Assembly (NCBI GenBank): GCA_051866635.1
Contig: JBJDXJ010000046.1
Location: 16,168 to 80,167 of the forward strand
Reading direction: 5' to 3'
Length of the DNA stretch: 64,000 nucleotides
From: Clostridia bacterium
GTDB lineage: Bacteria; Bacillota; Clostridia; UMGS1883
Shown here in pieces: positions 1 to 11,300 of this stretch. Both the position numbers and the translations under genes were made by a program. The notes under the pieces were generated by a model that searched no databases, was not told the origin of the DNA, and saw only the letters and a list, made by a program, of their open reading frames with translations. Position 1 is the stretch's first letter; each line of letters begins with the position of its first letter.

Positions 1-1150
1 TTGTACTTTTGCCGGCACCTGAATGACCCACAAGCCCTATCATTTCGCCCTTTTTAATATCAAGATTAATATTTTTAAGAACGGGCTTATTGGGTTCATA
101 GGAGAAGGTTACGTTTTTAAGTGAAATGTTTCCTTCGATATTTTTCATCCTTACAGGATTTTTTGAAGGCATAACTTCGCTTTTACGGTCTATTATTTCA
201 AAAAGTCTGTGTGCACAGTTTAAACATTCCGTCAGCCAGTCAATGCTGTTTACGATGGAATCAATAGGTCCTAAAACCATGCTCATGTACCCTACAAAGG
301 TCATAAGCATACCAAAGGTCATATTTGTTCCCTCCATAACCTGAGCACCACCCACTGCCCATACAAAAAGACCGCCCAGCTGTGTTATGTAGCCCATTAC
401 AGGGAAGGTTTTTGCACCCCGTATCCCCTCTTTTATGCTGGCATCGTAAAGCTCACCCGATGCTTTGTCAAAGCGGTCAATTTCACTTTCTTCATTACCG
501 AATGCCTTTACAACTCTTATGCCTGAAAGTGCATCGTTAATTACGGAATTAAGTTTGCTCCTTTTCTGCCAGGAGGCATTTTTCACCTTTCTGAATTTTG
601 GGAAGGACACCTTCATCATATAAACGGTGAAAGGTACGGGAATGAACACAATTACGCTTAAAAGAGGGTTCATACCAAACATTACAACAACCGTACCTAT
701 AAGTGTTAAAACATTTATAACAAAATCGGGTATTCTGTACAAAATAGTAGTACAAATCTCTTCCGCATCGTTATTGACCCTGTTCATAAGACTGCCTGTG
801 TGCTGTGAATTAAAAAAGCTCATTGAAAGATGCTGCATAGCGGAAAACACCTGTGATTTTATGTCAAACACAATATTTGCCGACACAACTGCCGCAATAC
901 GTTCCTTGAAAATGCCAAGAAAAAGCTTTACCACTTCCAGCAAAATAAGGGCAAAGACAACAGGCAGTACCATTCCGAAATATTTACCGCCTTCTGTTAA
1001 TACCTCATCATAAAAGGTTGTACCGCTTACATAAGGACGGAGAACACCTACAAGGGAGGTAAGCACCATCAGAACACCCATAGCGGCAATGTGGAACTTG
1101 TATTTGGGCAGATACCCCAAAAGCCTTATTATAATAGCTTTTCTGTTCAT
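1..1150 (-). CDS. ABC transporter permease/ATP-binding protein (exporter type); C-terminal NBD runs off the window edge. An in-frame upstream extension reaches 1613.
   Basis: The minus-strand translation starts with a canonical exporter N-terminus, MNRKAIIIRLLGYLPKYKF, followed by six predicted TM helices. A Walker A motif GHSGAGKST sits at nt 1-27. There is no stop within the window. The reading frame stays open upstream to an ATG at 1613. Confidence 0.8.
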   Translation of the reverse strand, partial: MNRKAIIIRLLGYLPKYKFHIAAMGVLMVLTSLVGVLRPYVSGTTFYDEVLTEGGKYFGMVLPVVFALILLEVVKLFLGIFKERIAAVVSANIVFDIKSQVFSAMQHLSMSFFNSQHTGSLMNRVNNDAEEICTTILYRIPDFVINVLTLIGTVVVMFGMNPLLSVIVFIPVPFTVYMMKVSFPKFRKVKNASWQKRSKLNSVINDALSGIRVVKAFGNEESEIDRFDKASGELYDASIKEGIRGAKTFPVMGYITQLGGLFVWAVGGAQVMEGTNMTFGMLMTFVGYMSMVLGPIDSIVNSIDWLTECLNCAHRLFEIIDRKSEVMPSKNPVRMKNIEGNISLKNVTFSYEPNKPVLKNINLDIKKGEMIGLVGHSGAGKST

Positions 1151-1794
1151 GCATTTAGGGCATATTTTTCTCCTTGGGTCACGGTACACTCTGCCGCAGG
1201 TGGGGCATACGTTATCGTCACCCATAGTTTCAAAATCCTCATCGGCAGGTACTTTTTTATCCTTAAGCTTCATCACAACCATACTGAAGCGTCCTGCGGT
1301 ACGGTTTAAAGAGTTTGAATAAAAGGCAATTGGATAACATTCCCCATCTCTTTTAATTACAAACTGTCCCGTATTTATAAAGCCTTCGTTATGAATTTCT
1401 TCAAAAGAGTCATAATCATAAGTTGACATAGCTTTTGTCTTTACATCTATGACACGAAGCTTATCTTCATATGCCAAAAGCCATACAGTGCCGTAATGCA
1501 AATCAGAATCCATATCGCAACATATTGTTGCCACAGGATTATCGAGCCCGTAAGATGCGATTACTGACAATATTGTATTATCAAGTTCAGAAAAACCTTT
1601 TACCAAGACCATCCCCCCTTTTAATCCAATTATTAGTATACCAACTATTTTTTTGAAAAGCAATATTTTTTCAAATATTTTAAATTTTATGTAGAATTTT
1701 TTCTTTACATATGTTATTATATGATAGATAGTGTGTCACTTTGGCATACCTTATATTTCTAACACTACTTCCTTTCAGAAAGGCAACGGTATTT

Positions 1795-4302
1795 ATGGCA
1801 ACACAACAGAGAAAAAGAATATCAAAAACAACTTCAACAGGCAGAAAGAGAGCGACCGAAAAGAAAAGTACGGCAAAAAGCAAGGCTGTACGCACTCCCA
1901 TGCGGCGTGAAATAAAGATATTTATATCATCATTTGTTACACTTGTTCTATTTTTGTCCTACTACACTCCCCTTTTCGGAGCGGTAGGCAACTTTGTAAG
2001 GAAAGTCGGTCTTGCGTTTTTTGGCTATCCGGCTTACGCATTGCCTGTTTTTATCGGCATATTTATATTGCATAAATCAATCAAGGGCTCTGTGAAGCCA
2101 TATCGTGTCACATATATCTATGCCTTGGGCGTGATGCTTCTTTTAAGCTTTATGGCAACTATAAACGCCTCTACAGGGGACACAGAATACCTTGTGACAA
2201 CAAGCGTTTTCGACAGTGTTGTTCAGTGTATAAATAACGGCATAACAACTACCGATGGCGGACTTTTAGGTGCATTGGGTATACCCCTTATGGCACTTTG
2301 CAGTCCTTTCGGTGCAAGGCTTCTGATTGTTTTCGGAATAGTTTTTTTGGTTGCCGCAATTACGAAGTTTATCCCCATTATCTGGGTTATTAATTTAATA
2401 CGTGACAATATTGTATTATTACAAGAAAAATTCAGGGAGGTTTCTTCCGAAATTGAGGAAGACGAAGCTGAATACGAAGAGGGAAATGACATAAAGCCTA
2501 AAAAGGTCCGTGAGGTAAAGGTAAAAGAAAAGAACAAGCAGATGGAGCTTGACTTTGAAAAGGCAAAGGAAGATGAAGAAAAGAACCCTGATTCCAAGAA
2601 ATCATTTGCCTTACCCACAGTAAAAAGTAAGCCGTTGGAAGAAAAAAAGGCTGATAAGGACCCATTGGAAAATGCCAGCATCAATATTTTCCTCCCTTCA
2701 GAAAATACGGAAGAAGAAGAAAAACAGGCAGAAGTTAATCTTCCAAAGCCTTCAGAAAATATAAAAGAGGATTTGACAGTTACGGTTGAACCTTCAGCAC
2801 CTGTTTTAAAAAGCGAACCTAACACTGCAATCGGATTGAGCGAGGATGAATTTATCGAGCCTGTAAAGCCCTATGTATTTCCGCCCATAAACCTTCTTGA
2901 AAAAAATACGGAACGTGCCCCTTCAGGCAAAGGAGGCGATTTAAGGGAACAGGCAAGGGTCCTTATTGAAACATTAAAAAGCTTTGGTGTTGAAGCAAAA
3001 ATTCTGGAGGTTAATAAAGGTCCTACGGTAACACGTTTTGAACTCCAGCCTGCAACAGGCGTAAAGGTAAGTAAAATTGTAAACTTAGCTGACGACATTG
3101 CATTAAACCTTGCGGCTCTGTCAGTGCGTATTGAAGCTCCTATCCCCGGAAAGGCCGCTGTAGGTATTGAAATACCAAATGCAGGCGGTGCTTTGGTAAG
3201 ATTAAGGGAAGTTATCGACTCTGAGGAATTTAAGTCCTTTAATGCCAAAACAGCATTTGCTTTAGGCAAAAACATAACGGGTACGCCCATTGTAACCGAC
3301 ATTGCAAAAATGCCTCACGTGCTTATTGCAGGTGCTACGGGTTCAGGTAAAAGTGTGTGCATAAATTCCCTTATTACAAGTATTATTTACAAGGCGGACC
3401 CCCGAGAAGTCAAATTTATCATGATTGACCCCAAGGTGGTTGAGCTTAAGGTGTACAACGGTATTCCCCACCTTTTAATCCCTGTTGTTACAGACCCGAG
3501 AAAAGCTGCAGGTGCACTTAACTGGGCAGTACAGGAAATGACAAAGCGTTATAAAATGTTTGCTGACAATAACGTGAGAGATATTAAAGGCTATAACGAG
3601 CTTGCCCTTCTTCAAGGCGAAAAACAGCTTGAACAAATTATTATTATAGTAGATGAACTTGCAGATTTAATGATGGTTGCACCCCGTGATGTGGAAGATG
3701 CCATTTGCCGATTGGCACAGATGGCGAGAGCCGCAGGTATGCACCTTGTTGTTGCAACACAGCGTCCTTCTGTTGACGTTATCACAGGTGTTATCAAGGC
3801 TAACATACCTTCACGTATTGCCTTTGCAGTATCCAGCCAGATTGACTCAAGAACAATTTTAGATATGGGTGGTGCAGAAAAGCTCTTAGGCAAGGGCGAT
3901 ATGCTGTTTTTGCCCATGGGTGCATCAAAGCCCACACGTATTCAAGGTGCTTTTATTACCGATAAGGAAGTCGAAAAGGTTGTAGACTTTGTTAAACAGG
4001 AAGATGTTAAGTACGATGAAGACGTTATGGAAAAAATAGAAAACGGTGTTTCAGGTGAAAAAGCACCTGACGGCGGTGATGCCGACGAGCTTTTGCCCAG
4101 TGCAATCGAAATCGTTGTTGAAGCAGGACAGGCCTCCGCTTCCCTTCTTCAAAGAAGATTAAAGGTAGGCTACAGCCGTGCAGGCAGGCTTATAGACCAG
4201 CTTGAGGAAAGGGGAATTATAGGTCCTCATGAAGGTGCAAAGCCCCGTTCGGTTTTAATCAGCCGTGCAGAATATGCGGAAATGACAATGCAATCAGAAT
4301 AA
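1795..4302 (+). CDS. ftsK: DNA translocase FtsK/SpoIIIE
   Basis: N-terminal TM segments, then a long acidic/lysine-rich linker. The motor domain carries Walker [10 protein letters not shown]. The C-terminus has a winged-helix gamma domain, [21 protein letters not shown]. The ATG at 1795 is preferred over the tool's start at 1741. Confidence 0.9.
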   Translation: MATQQRKRISKTTSTGRKRATEKKSTAKSKAVRTPMRREIKIFISSFVTLVLFLSYYTPLFGAVGNFVRKVGLAFFGYPAYALPVFIGIFILHKSIKGSVKPYRVTYIYALGVMLLLSFMATINASTGDTEYLVTTSVFDSVVQCINNGITTTDGGLLGALGIPLMALCSPFGARLLIVFGIVFLVAAITKFIPIIWVINLIRDNIVLLQEKFREVSSEIEEDEAEYEEGNDIKPKKVREVKVKEKNKQMELDFEKAKEDEEKNPDSKKSFALPTVKSKPLEEKKADKDPLENASINIFLPSENTEEEEKQAEVNLPKPSENIKEDLTVTVEPSAPVLKSEPNTAIGLSEDEFIEPVKPYVFPPINLLEKNTERAPSGKGGDLREQARVLIETLKSFGVEAKILEVNKGPTVTRFELQPATGVKVSKIVNLADDIALNLAALSVRIEAPIPGKAAVGIEIPNAGGALVRLREVIDSEEFKSFNAKTAFALGKNITGTPIVTDIAKMPHVLIAGATGSGKSVCINSLITSIIYKADPREVKFIMIDPKVVELKVYNGIPHLLIPVVTDPRKAAGALNWAVQEMTKRYKMFADNNVRDIKGYNELALLQGEKQLEQIIIIVDELADLMMVAPRDVEDAICRLAQMARAAGMHLVVATQRPSVDVITGVIKANIPSRIAFAVSSQIDSRTILDMGGAEKLLGKGDMLFLPMGASKPTRIQGAFITDKEVEKVVDFVKQEDVKYDEDVMEKIENGVSGEKAPDGGDADELLPSAIEIVVEAGQASASLLQRRLKVGYSRAGRLIDQLEERGIIGPHEGAKPRSVLISRAEYAEMTMQSE

Positions 4303-4314
4303 CAGGAGCAGAAA

Positions 4315-6267
4315 ATGGCAAACAGATTTTTACCTATTACAAAAGAAGATATGAATAATTTAGGGTGGGACTATTATGACTTTCTATTCATAAGTGCAGA
4401 TGCCTATGTTGACCACCCCTCTTTTGGTGTTGCCATATTATCAAGGTTACTTGAAAAAGAGGGCTACAGGGTGTGCATACTTCCCCAGCCCGACTATAAA
4501 TCCACAAAGGACTTTTTAAAGTTCGGCAGACCCAGATTAGGTGTTTTGATTTCAGGCGGCGTTATTGACTCCATGGTAAACCACTACACCGCCGCTAAAA
4601 AACGCCGCAGTGAGGATGTGTACTCCCCCGGGGGCAAATCCGGGTTCCGTCCTGACAGGGCAACTATTGTTTACGCGAACCGTGTCCGTGAAGCCTTTGG
4701 TAAAATACCCATGATTATCGGCGGTACGGAGGCAAGCCTCAGGCGTTTTGCCCACTATGACTATTGGTCAGACTCTGTCAGACGAAGTATTATTTTTGAC
4801 TCACAGGCAGACTTTATTTCTTATGGCATGGGCGAAAGAAGCATTATTGAGCTGGCAAATATGCTTGCGGAGGATGTTTCTCCCCATCAGGGCAATATAC
4901 CAAGGGGCGTTTGCTATGTTTCGGACCAACTTCCCAAGGGTGCAGTGGAATTGCCTTCCTTTGAAGAAGTTAAAGAAGATAAAAAGGCTTACGCATTAGC
5001 CACTAAAATTGAATATGAAGAACAGGACCCTTACCGTGGTAAAATTCTTGCACAAAAGCACGGTGACAAATATATTGTACAGATGCCCATGAGTTTGCCC
5101 CTTACAGAGGCTGAAATGGACAGGGTTTACGCTCTTCCCTACACAAGGGAGTATCATCCCTCTTATGAAAAGGACGGGGGAATCCCCGCAATAGAGGAAG
5201 TTAAATTTTCGGTAACTTCTTCACGTGGCTGTTTCGGTAGCTGCTCCTTCTGTGCAATAACATTTCATCAGGGCAGAATTGTTCAGGCAAGAAGTCACGC
5301 ATCTATTTTAAATGAAGTAGAAAACATGACATGGATGCCCGATTTCAAAGGCTACATCCACGATGTTGGCGGTCCTACCGCAAATTTTCGCTTTCCTTCA
5401 TGCAGTAAGCAGATGAAAGTGGGTACATGTAAGGAAAAGCAATGCCTTTATCCGGATGTTTGCAAAAACGCCAAGGTTGACCACAGTGACTACTTGGCAC
5501 TACTAAGAAAAATACGTGCTGTGGACAAGGTTAAAAAGGTATTTGTAAGAAGCGGTATACGTTATGACTATTTAATAAAGGATGAAAACGACGAATTTTT
5601 CTATGAGCTTTGCAAGCACCATGTATCGGGGCAGTTAAAAGTTGCACCGGAGCATGTTTCAAGTAAGGTTTTATCCTATATGGGTAAGCCCGGGCTTAAT
5701 GTTTATCAGAAGTTCTGTGATAAATTCGACAAAATAAACAAAGAAATCGGCAAGGAGCAGTATCTTGTTCCCTACCTTATGTCCTCCCATCCGGGAAGTA
5801 CATTAAATGAAGCAATTGAGCTTGCACTATATTTAAAGCGGAATAATATCCGCCCACAACAGGTACAGGATTTTTACCCCACACCGGGAACACTTTCAAC
5901 TGCAATGTTTTACACAGGGCTTGACCCAAGGACAATGAAAAGTGTATATGTTCCCAGAACATACGAAGAAAAGGCAATGCAACGTGCACTTTTACAAGCA
6001 TCCAGACCTGAAAACTATCAGCTTGTGAAAAAAGCACTTATAGAGGCAGGCAGACGTGACCTTATAGGTTTCGGTCCCGACTGTCTTATAAAACCCGAAA
6101 GGAGAGATTTTAAAAATGGCAATGATACTGGACGGAAAAGCGTTGTCCGCCAAAATAAAACAGCAAATCAAAGAGGAAGCAGCAACACTCAAAGAAAAGG
6201 GCGTAACACCGGCTCTGGCAGTAATAATCGTGGGGGACAATCCCGCAAGCAGGGTATACGTAAATAA
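4315..6267 (+). CDS. ygiQ: YgiQ family radical SAM protein (UPF0313)
   Basis: The N-terminal segment [25 protein letters not shown] matches the YgiQ N-terminal domain. A radical-SAM core with a Cys cluster follows. The C-terminus is a basic, low-complexity tail. The last 152 nt overlap folD in another frame. Confidence 0.8.
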   Translation: MANRFLPITKEDMNNLGWDYYDFLFISADAYVDHPSFGVAILSRLLEKEGYRVCILPQPDYKSTKDFLKFGRPRLGVLISGGVIDSMVNHYTAAKKRRSEDVYSPGGKSGFRPDRATIVYANRVREAFGKIPMIIGGTEASLRRFAHYDYWSDSVRRSIIFDSQADFISYGMGERSIIELANMLAEDVSPHQGNIPRGVCYVSDQLPKGAVELPSFEEVKEDKKAYALATKIEYEEQDPYRGKILAQKHGDKYIVQMPMSLPLTEAEMDRVYALPYTREYHPSYEKDGGIPAIEEVKFSVTSSRGCFGSCSFCAITFHQGRIVQARSHASILNEVENMTWMPDFKGYIHDVGGPTANFRFPSCSKQMKVGTCKEKQCLYPDVCKNAKVDHSDYLALLRKIRAVDKVKKVFVRSGIRYDYLIKDENDEFFYELCKHHVSGQLKVAPEHVSSKVLSYMGKPGLNVYQKFCDKFDKINKEIGKEQYLVPYLMSSHPGSTLNEAIELALYLKRNNIRPQQVQDFYPTPGTLSTAMFYTGLDPRTMKSVYVPRTYEEKAMQRALLQASRPENYQLVKKALIEAGRRDLIGFGPDCLIKPERRDFKNGNDTGRKSVVRQNKTANQRGSSNTQRKGRNTGSGSNNRGGQSRKQGIRK

Positions 6268-6967
6268 TAAGAAAAAAGCCTGTGAAGAATGTGGCTTTAT
6301 ATCTGAAGAATATGCACTTAGTGAAGATACAACAGAAAAGGAGCTTTTAGATTTAATTTCAACACTTAATAGCAGAAGTGATATTGACGGCATCCTTTGT
6401 CAGCTTCCTCTTCCCTCTCACATTGACGAGGAAAAGGTTTTGCTTTCCATTGATTACACAAAGGATGTGGACGCATTTCATCCTGTAAATGTCGGCAAAA
6501 TCATGATAGGTAATTTTGACTTTCTCCCTTGTACACCTGCAGGTGTTATGGAGCTTATTAACCTTACGGGGATAGAAGTTTCAGGCAAGGAATGTGTTGT
6601 TATCGGCAGAAGTAACATCGTTGGCAAGCCCATGTCAATGCTTTTATTGCACAAAAACGGCACCGTTACGGTATGCCATTCAAAAACAAAGGATTTGGCA
6701 GCTGTTACCCGTCGTGCCGATATTTTAGTAGCCGCAGTAGGCAAGGCAAAATTTGTTACGGCAGATATGGTTAAGGAGGGTGCCGTTGTAATTGACGTAG
6801 GAATGAACCGTGTTGACGGAAAACTTTGCGGTGATGTTGACTTTGAAAAGGTTTCCACTGTTGCTTCCGCAATCACCCCCGTTCCCGGTGGTGTGGGACC
6901 CATGACAATCGCAATGCTTATGAAAAACACAATTAAAGCAGCTAAACTGCACAACTCAATAGATTAA
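6116..6967 (+). CDS. folD: Bifunctional methylenetetrahydrofolate dehydrogenase / methenyl-THF cyclohydrolase
   Basis: The N-terminus is [18 protein letters not shown] Rossmann motif [10 protein letters not shown] and a C-terminal PGGVGPMT motif are present. A strong RBS, GAAAGGAGAG, sits upstream. Confidence 0.9.
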   Translation: MAMILDGKALSAKIKQQIKEEAATLKEKGVTPALAVIIVGDNPASRVYVNNKKKACEECGFISEEYALSEDTTEKELLDLISTLNSRSDIDGILCQLPLPSHIDEEKVLLSIDYTKDVDAFHPVNVGKIMIGNFDFLPCTPAGVMELINLTGIEVSGKECVVIGRSNIVGKPMSMLLLHKNGTVTVCHSKTKDLAAVTRRADILVAAVGKAKFVTADMVKEGAVVIDVGMNRVDGKLCGDVDFEKVSTVASAITPVPGGVGPMTIAMLMKNTIKAAKLHNSID

Positions 6968-6982
6968 GGGAGGGTTATAAAA

Positions 6983-8317
6983 ATGAAAAAAATACTATCA
7001 ATACTTATAGCACTATGTATATGCCTTTCTGCTATGCCTGCATTTGCGGAAACTTACATCAGCGTTGACAGCCTTGAATATGACGAATATATGTATGAGG
7101 AAACCGTTTGTATTTACGGCAATTCAAACGTGTATGTTGTTGTAAGCCTTTACTACCCCGAAGAATTCGGAGGTGAGGCAAAATATATAATGACCTATTC
7201 TCCCGAGGAGCTTCGTGAAGGCATTGAAATACAGCTTGGTGAAAACACACCCCTTTGGCCCGAAGGACTTTGGACAATAACTGTTCAGTCAGGCGAAGCT
7301 ATAGAATATTTGGAATTTTATCTTACGGAATTTGCTGACAGAACAGAAGAACCCGATGATGACAAAACAGAAGAACCTGACAACCCCGGCAGTTCAGATG
7401 GCGGCAATTCAAAGCCATCAACAAAGCCTTCAGGCGGAAATGGTGCAACGGTTACTTCCATTGTTCCCGATAAAACCTCTGTTACACTTTCTGTTTCCGA
7501 TACAGAAAAGGTAAATATCACGTCAACCTCCTCTTTAACACTGGAAGTTGAAAATAAGGATGTTGTATCAGCTTCGCTTTCGGGAAAGACATTGACAATT
7601 ACAGGACTAAAACGCGGCACAAGCCAGATTTGGGTAAAATCAGGCGGAAATTACGCCTCCATTAACGTAACGGTTACGGAAAGTGAAGTCCCCACAGAAG
7701 AACCTACAGATACTCCTACAGAAGCCCCCACAGAGGAGCCAACAGAGGAGCCAACAGAAGAAACCACAGAGGTTGTAAACCCCTTTAACGACATTGAAAA
7801 TCACTGGGCTAAGGAAAGCATCCTTACTTTGTACCAAAAGAACATTATCAACGGTATGGATGAAGATACATTTGCTCCTGACGATTTTGTTACACGTGCA
7901 CAGTTTGTAACAATGCTTTACAAGGCATTTAACTTACCTTGCAAAACCACAACATCACCCTTTAATGATGTAGAAGGAGACGACTGGTATTTCACTTATG
8001 TAATGGCGGCATTTGACAACGGTATTACAACAGGCGACACGGAGGGCAATTTCAATCCTTCAAGCCTTGTTACAAGACAGGATATGGCTGTTTTTGCACA
8101 CAGGACAATATCACTGTACGGAAAATCATTGCCTCTCTCACCTGATTTCAAGGTATTTGACGACCATGATATGATTAAGGATTACGCCCTTGAGGCAGTA
8201 TATTCCATGAAACAGATGGGAATTATCAACGGTATGACAGAGGTAACCTTTGAACCCCTGGGAAATGCCACACGTGCACAGGCGGCACATATTATAGCAA
8301 AGCTTTTAGAATTATAA
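6983..8317 (+). CDS. Secreted S-layer-homology (SLH) domain surface protein with a Big_2 Ig-like domain and a Pro/Thr/Glu linker
   Basis: It has a signal peptide. One Big_2-like segment reads VTLSVSDTEKV...GTSQIWVK. A PTEEPTDTPTEAPTEEPTEEPTEE linker follows. Three C-terminal SLH repeats carry the F(N/D)D...TRAQ pattern. Confidence 0.75.
   Translation: MKKILSILIALCICLSAMPAFAETYISVDSLEYDEYMYEETVCIYGNSNVYVVVSLYYPEEFGGEAKYIMTYSPEELREGIEIQLGENTPLWPEGLWTITVQSGEAIEYLEFYLTEFADRTEEPDDDKTEEPDNPGSSDGGNSKPSTKPSGGNGATVTSIVPDKTSVTLSVSDTEKVNITSTSSLTLEVENKDVVSASLSGKTLTITGLKRGTSQIWVKSGGNYASINVTVTESEVPTEEPTDTPTEAPTEEPTEEPTEETTEVVNPFNDIENHWAKESILTLYQKNIINGMDEDTFAPDDFVTRAQFVTMLYKAFNLPCKTTTSPFNDVEGDDWYFTYVMAAFDNGITTGDTEGNFNPSSLVTRQDMAVFAHRTISLYGKSLPLSPDFKVFDDHDMIKDYALEAVYSMKQMGIINGMTEVTFEPLGNATRAQAAHIIAKLLEL
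7690..7775 (+). repeat. Imperfect 12-nt tandem repeats encoding a (P-T-E-E/A)n linker
   Basis: The DNA repeats ccnacagaagaa / ccaacagaggag. At the protein level this is PTEEPTDTPTEAPTEEPTEEPTEETTE. Confidence 0.5.
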
Positions 8318-8351
8318 TTAACTATATATAAAAACTTAGGAGGAAACAAAT

Positions 8352-11300
8352 ATGCTTCGTATTTTTGTAGAAAAGAAGCCCGGTTACGATGTTGAAGCCC
8401 GTGGTTTGCTCAGCGACCTTCGTGAAAACCTGGCAATGGACAACCTTAAAAATGTCCGCATTGTAAACCGTTACGACATTGAAGGAATTTCTGATGAGGA
8501 ATACAGGGCGGCAAAGCCTTTGGTTTTTTCCGAACCTCCCGTAGATTTTGCCTACGATGAACACCTTACTGTATCCGATGACGAAACTGTTATTGCAACA
8601 GAATTTCTCCCCGGTCAGTATGACCAGAGAGCAGACTCTGCGGCAGTTTGTATACAGATTCTCACTCAGGGCGTTAAGCCCACTGTAAGGGTTGCAAAAC
8701 TGGTTATCTTAAAGGGTGACCTTACAGAAAATGATAAGGAAAAGGTTACAAAGTACTATGTAAACCCTGTTGATTCACGTGTTGCAAAACTTGAAAAGCC
8801 CGCTTCCTTAATTGAAGAAGCGGCTGTTCCCGATGATGTTAAGACAGTTACAGGCTTTATAAATGCTGACGATGATGCACTTTCCGCACTGGCAAAGGAA
8901 ATGGGCTTTGCCATGGATATGGGCGATTTGAAGTTCTGTCAGGCTTACTTCCGGGACGAAGAAAAGCGTGACCCCTCTTACACAGAAATGCGTGTAATTG
9001 ATACATATTGGTCCGACCACTGCCGTCACACAACATTCTCCACAATTATTGACAATGTTGAAATCGAAGACGGTTTTACAGCACTTAAGGACTCCTTTGA
9101 TGCATATATCGCATCCAGGGAAAAGCTTTATGTAAATAAGAAGAAAAACCTCTGTCTTATGGATATGGCAACTATTGCAGTTAAAGACCTTAAGAGCCGC
9201 GGTATGTTAAAGGAAATTGACGAATCCGAAGAAATCAACGCATGTTCTATTGTAGTTGAAGCTGACGTTGACGGGAAAAAAGAAGATTGGCTTCTTATGT
9301 TCAAGAACGAAACACATAACCACCCCACCGAAATTGAACCCTTCGGTGGTGCGGCAACATGTCTTGGCGGTGCTATCCGTGACCCCCTTTCAGGCAGAAG
9401 CTACGTATATCAGGCAATGCGTGTAACAGGTGCATCTGACCCCAATGTTCCCGTAAGTGAAACACTTCCCGGTAAGCTTCCTCAGAAAAAACTTACACGT
9501 ACTGCTGCCGCAGGCTATTCCTCCTACGGTAACCAGATTGGTCTTGCAACAGGTCAGGTAAACGAAGTTTACCATCCCGGTTATGTTGCAAAGAGAATGG
9601 AAATCGGTGCAGTTATAGGTGCCACACCCAAGTCAAACGTTGTTCGTGAAGTACCCAAAGAAGGGGATGTTATCATCCTTTTAGGCGGTAAAACAGGAAG
9701 AGACGGCTGTGGCGGTGCAACAGGAAGCAGTAAAGCTCATACAGAATCCAGTATTGAAACATGCGGTGCAGAAGTTCAGAAGGGTAATCCCCCGGAGGAG
9801 CGAAAAATTCAGCGTCTTTTCCGCAACAGTGAATTGACACGCATGATTAAGCGTTGTAACGACTTTGGTGCAGGCGGTGTATCAGTTGCAATCGGTGAGC
9901 TCAGTGACGGCTTGGTAATTAACCTTGACGCTGTTCCCAAAAAGTACGACGGTCTTGACGGTACAGAGCTTGCCATAAGTGAAAGCCAGGAAAGAATGGC
10001 AGTTGTAGTTTCCCCCGAAAATGTTGAAAAGTTCATGGCGTTTGCATCTGAAGAAAACCTTGAATCAACCTGTGTTGCAACAGTTACAAGTGATAACCGC
10101 CTTACAATGAACTGGCGTGGTAAAACAATCGTTTCCATCAGCCGTGACTTTTTGAACACAAACGGTGCCGAAAAACATGCCGATGTAAAGGTTGTAAAGC
10201 CTCAGGGTAACCTTTTTGAAAAGAAAGAAGTAAGTGATATTAAATCCGAATGGTTAAAAACTGTTTCCGATTTGAACGTATGTAGCCAGAAGGGTCTTGT
10301 GGAACGCTTTGACTCCTCTATCGGCGGTGCAACAGTTCTTATGCCCTACGGTGGCAAGACTCAGCTCACACCTGTAGACGGTATGGCGGCAAAACTTCCC
10401 GTAATGAGTGGCAAAACAACTACAGCATCCCTGATGGCATATGGCTTTAACCCCATTCTTTCTTCCAAGTCACCTTATCACGGTGCCCTTTATGCAGTAG
10501 TTGAATCCGTTGCAAAAATTGTTGCATTAGGCGGTGATCACAAGACTGTTTACCTTACATTCCAGGAATACTTTGAAAGACTTCGTGATGATGCTACACG
10601 TTGGGGCAAGCCCTTCAGTGCACTTTTAGGTGCATATACGGCACAGATGAAATTAGGCTTAGGTGCAATCGGTGGCAAGGACTCAATGAGTGGTTCCTTC
10701 GATGAATTGGACGTTCCTCCCACACTTGTATCCTTCGCTGTAACGGTAGAACATACAGATAATATTATTTCTCCCGAATTCAAAAACCCGGGCAATAAGC
10801 TTGTTCTTCTGCCACTTACAATTAATTCTGACGGTGTTTGTGACTTTGACAAGCTCCACGAAACATATTCTCTTGTTCACCGTGCAATTGTTGACAAGAA
10901 GGTTCTTTCCGCATCTGTAATCAAGGCAGGGGGCGTATGTGAAGCAGTAAGTAAGATGTCATTCGGCAATATGATTGGTGCCCATCTTGAATGTGACAAT
11001 TCCCTTCTCTTCTCCCTTCTTCCCGGTGCAATTTTGGTTGAAACAACAGATGCATCTGTATTTGAAGGCGTTTCAAACATTGTAATCGGTGAAACAACAA
11101 AAGAAGAAACTATTGTTGCAAACGGTGTTGAAATGTCAATTTCCGAAATTCTTTCTTCTTGGACAAAGACACTTGAAAAAACATTCCCCACAAAGGCAAA
11201 GGAAGAAACAACACCTATTGTTGACTATGCTTACACAAAGAGAAATATCCACGTCGCAAAGAATAAGGTTGCAAAGCCCATGGTATTTATTCCAGTATTC

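Noticed and set aside
2223-3302. Minus-strand ORFs of 200 aa and 143 aa inside ftsK
   Set aside because: They are antisense to a clearly conserved FtsK reading frame. They have low-complexity Ser/Phe-rich translations and no RBS. Other examples of the same kind are 6478..6954 (inside folD), 12331..12939 (inside serC), 28594..29337 (inside prfB), 42175..42732 (inside nrdD), 51439..51873 and 52912..53259 (inside smc) and 50326..50613 (inside ftsY). All are shadow ORFs.
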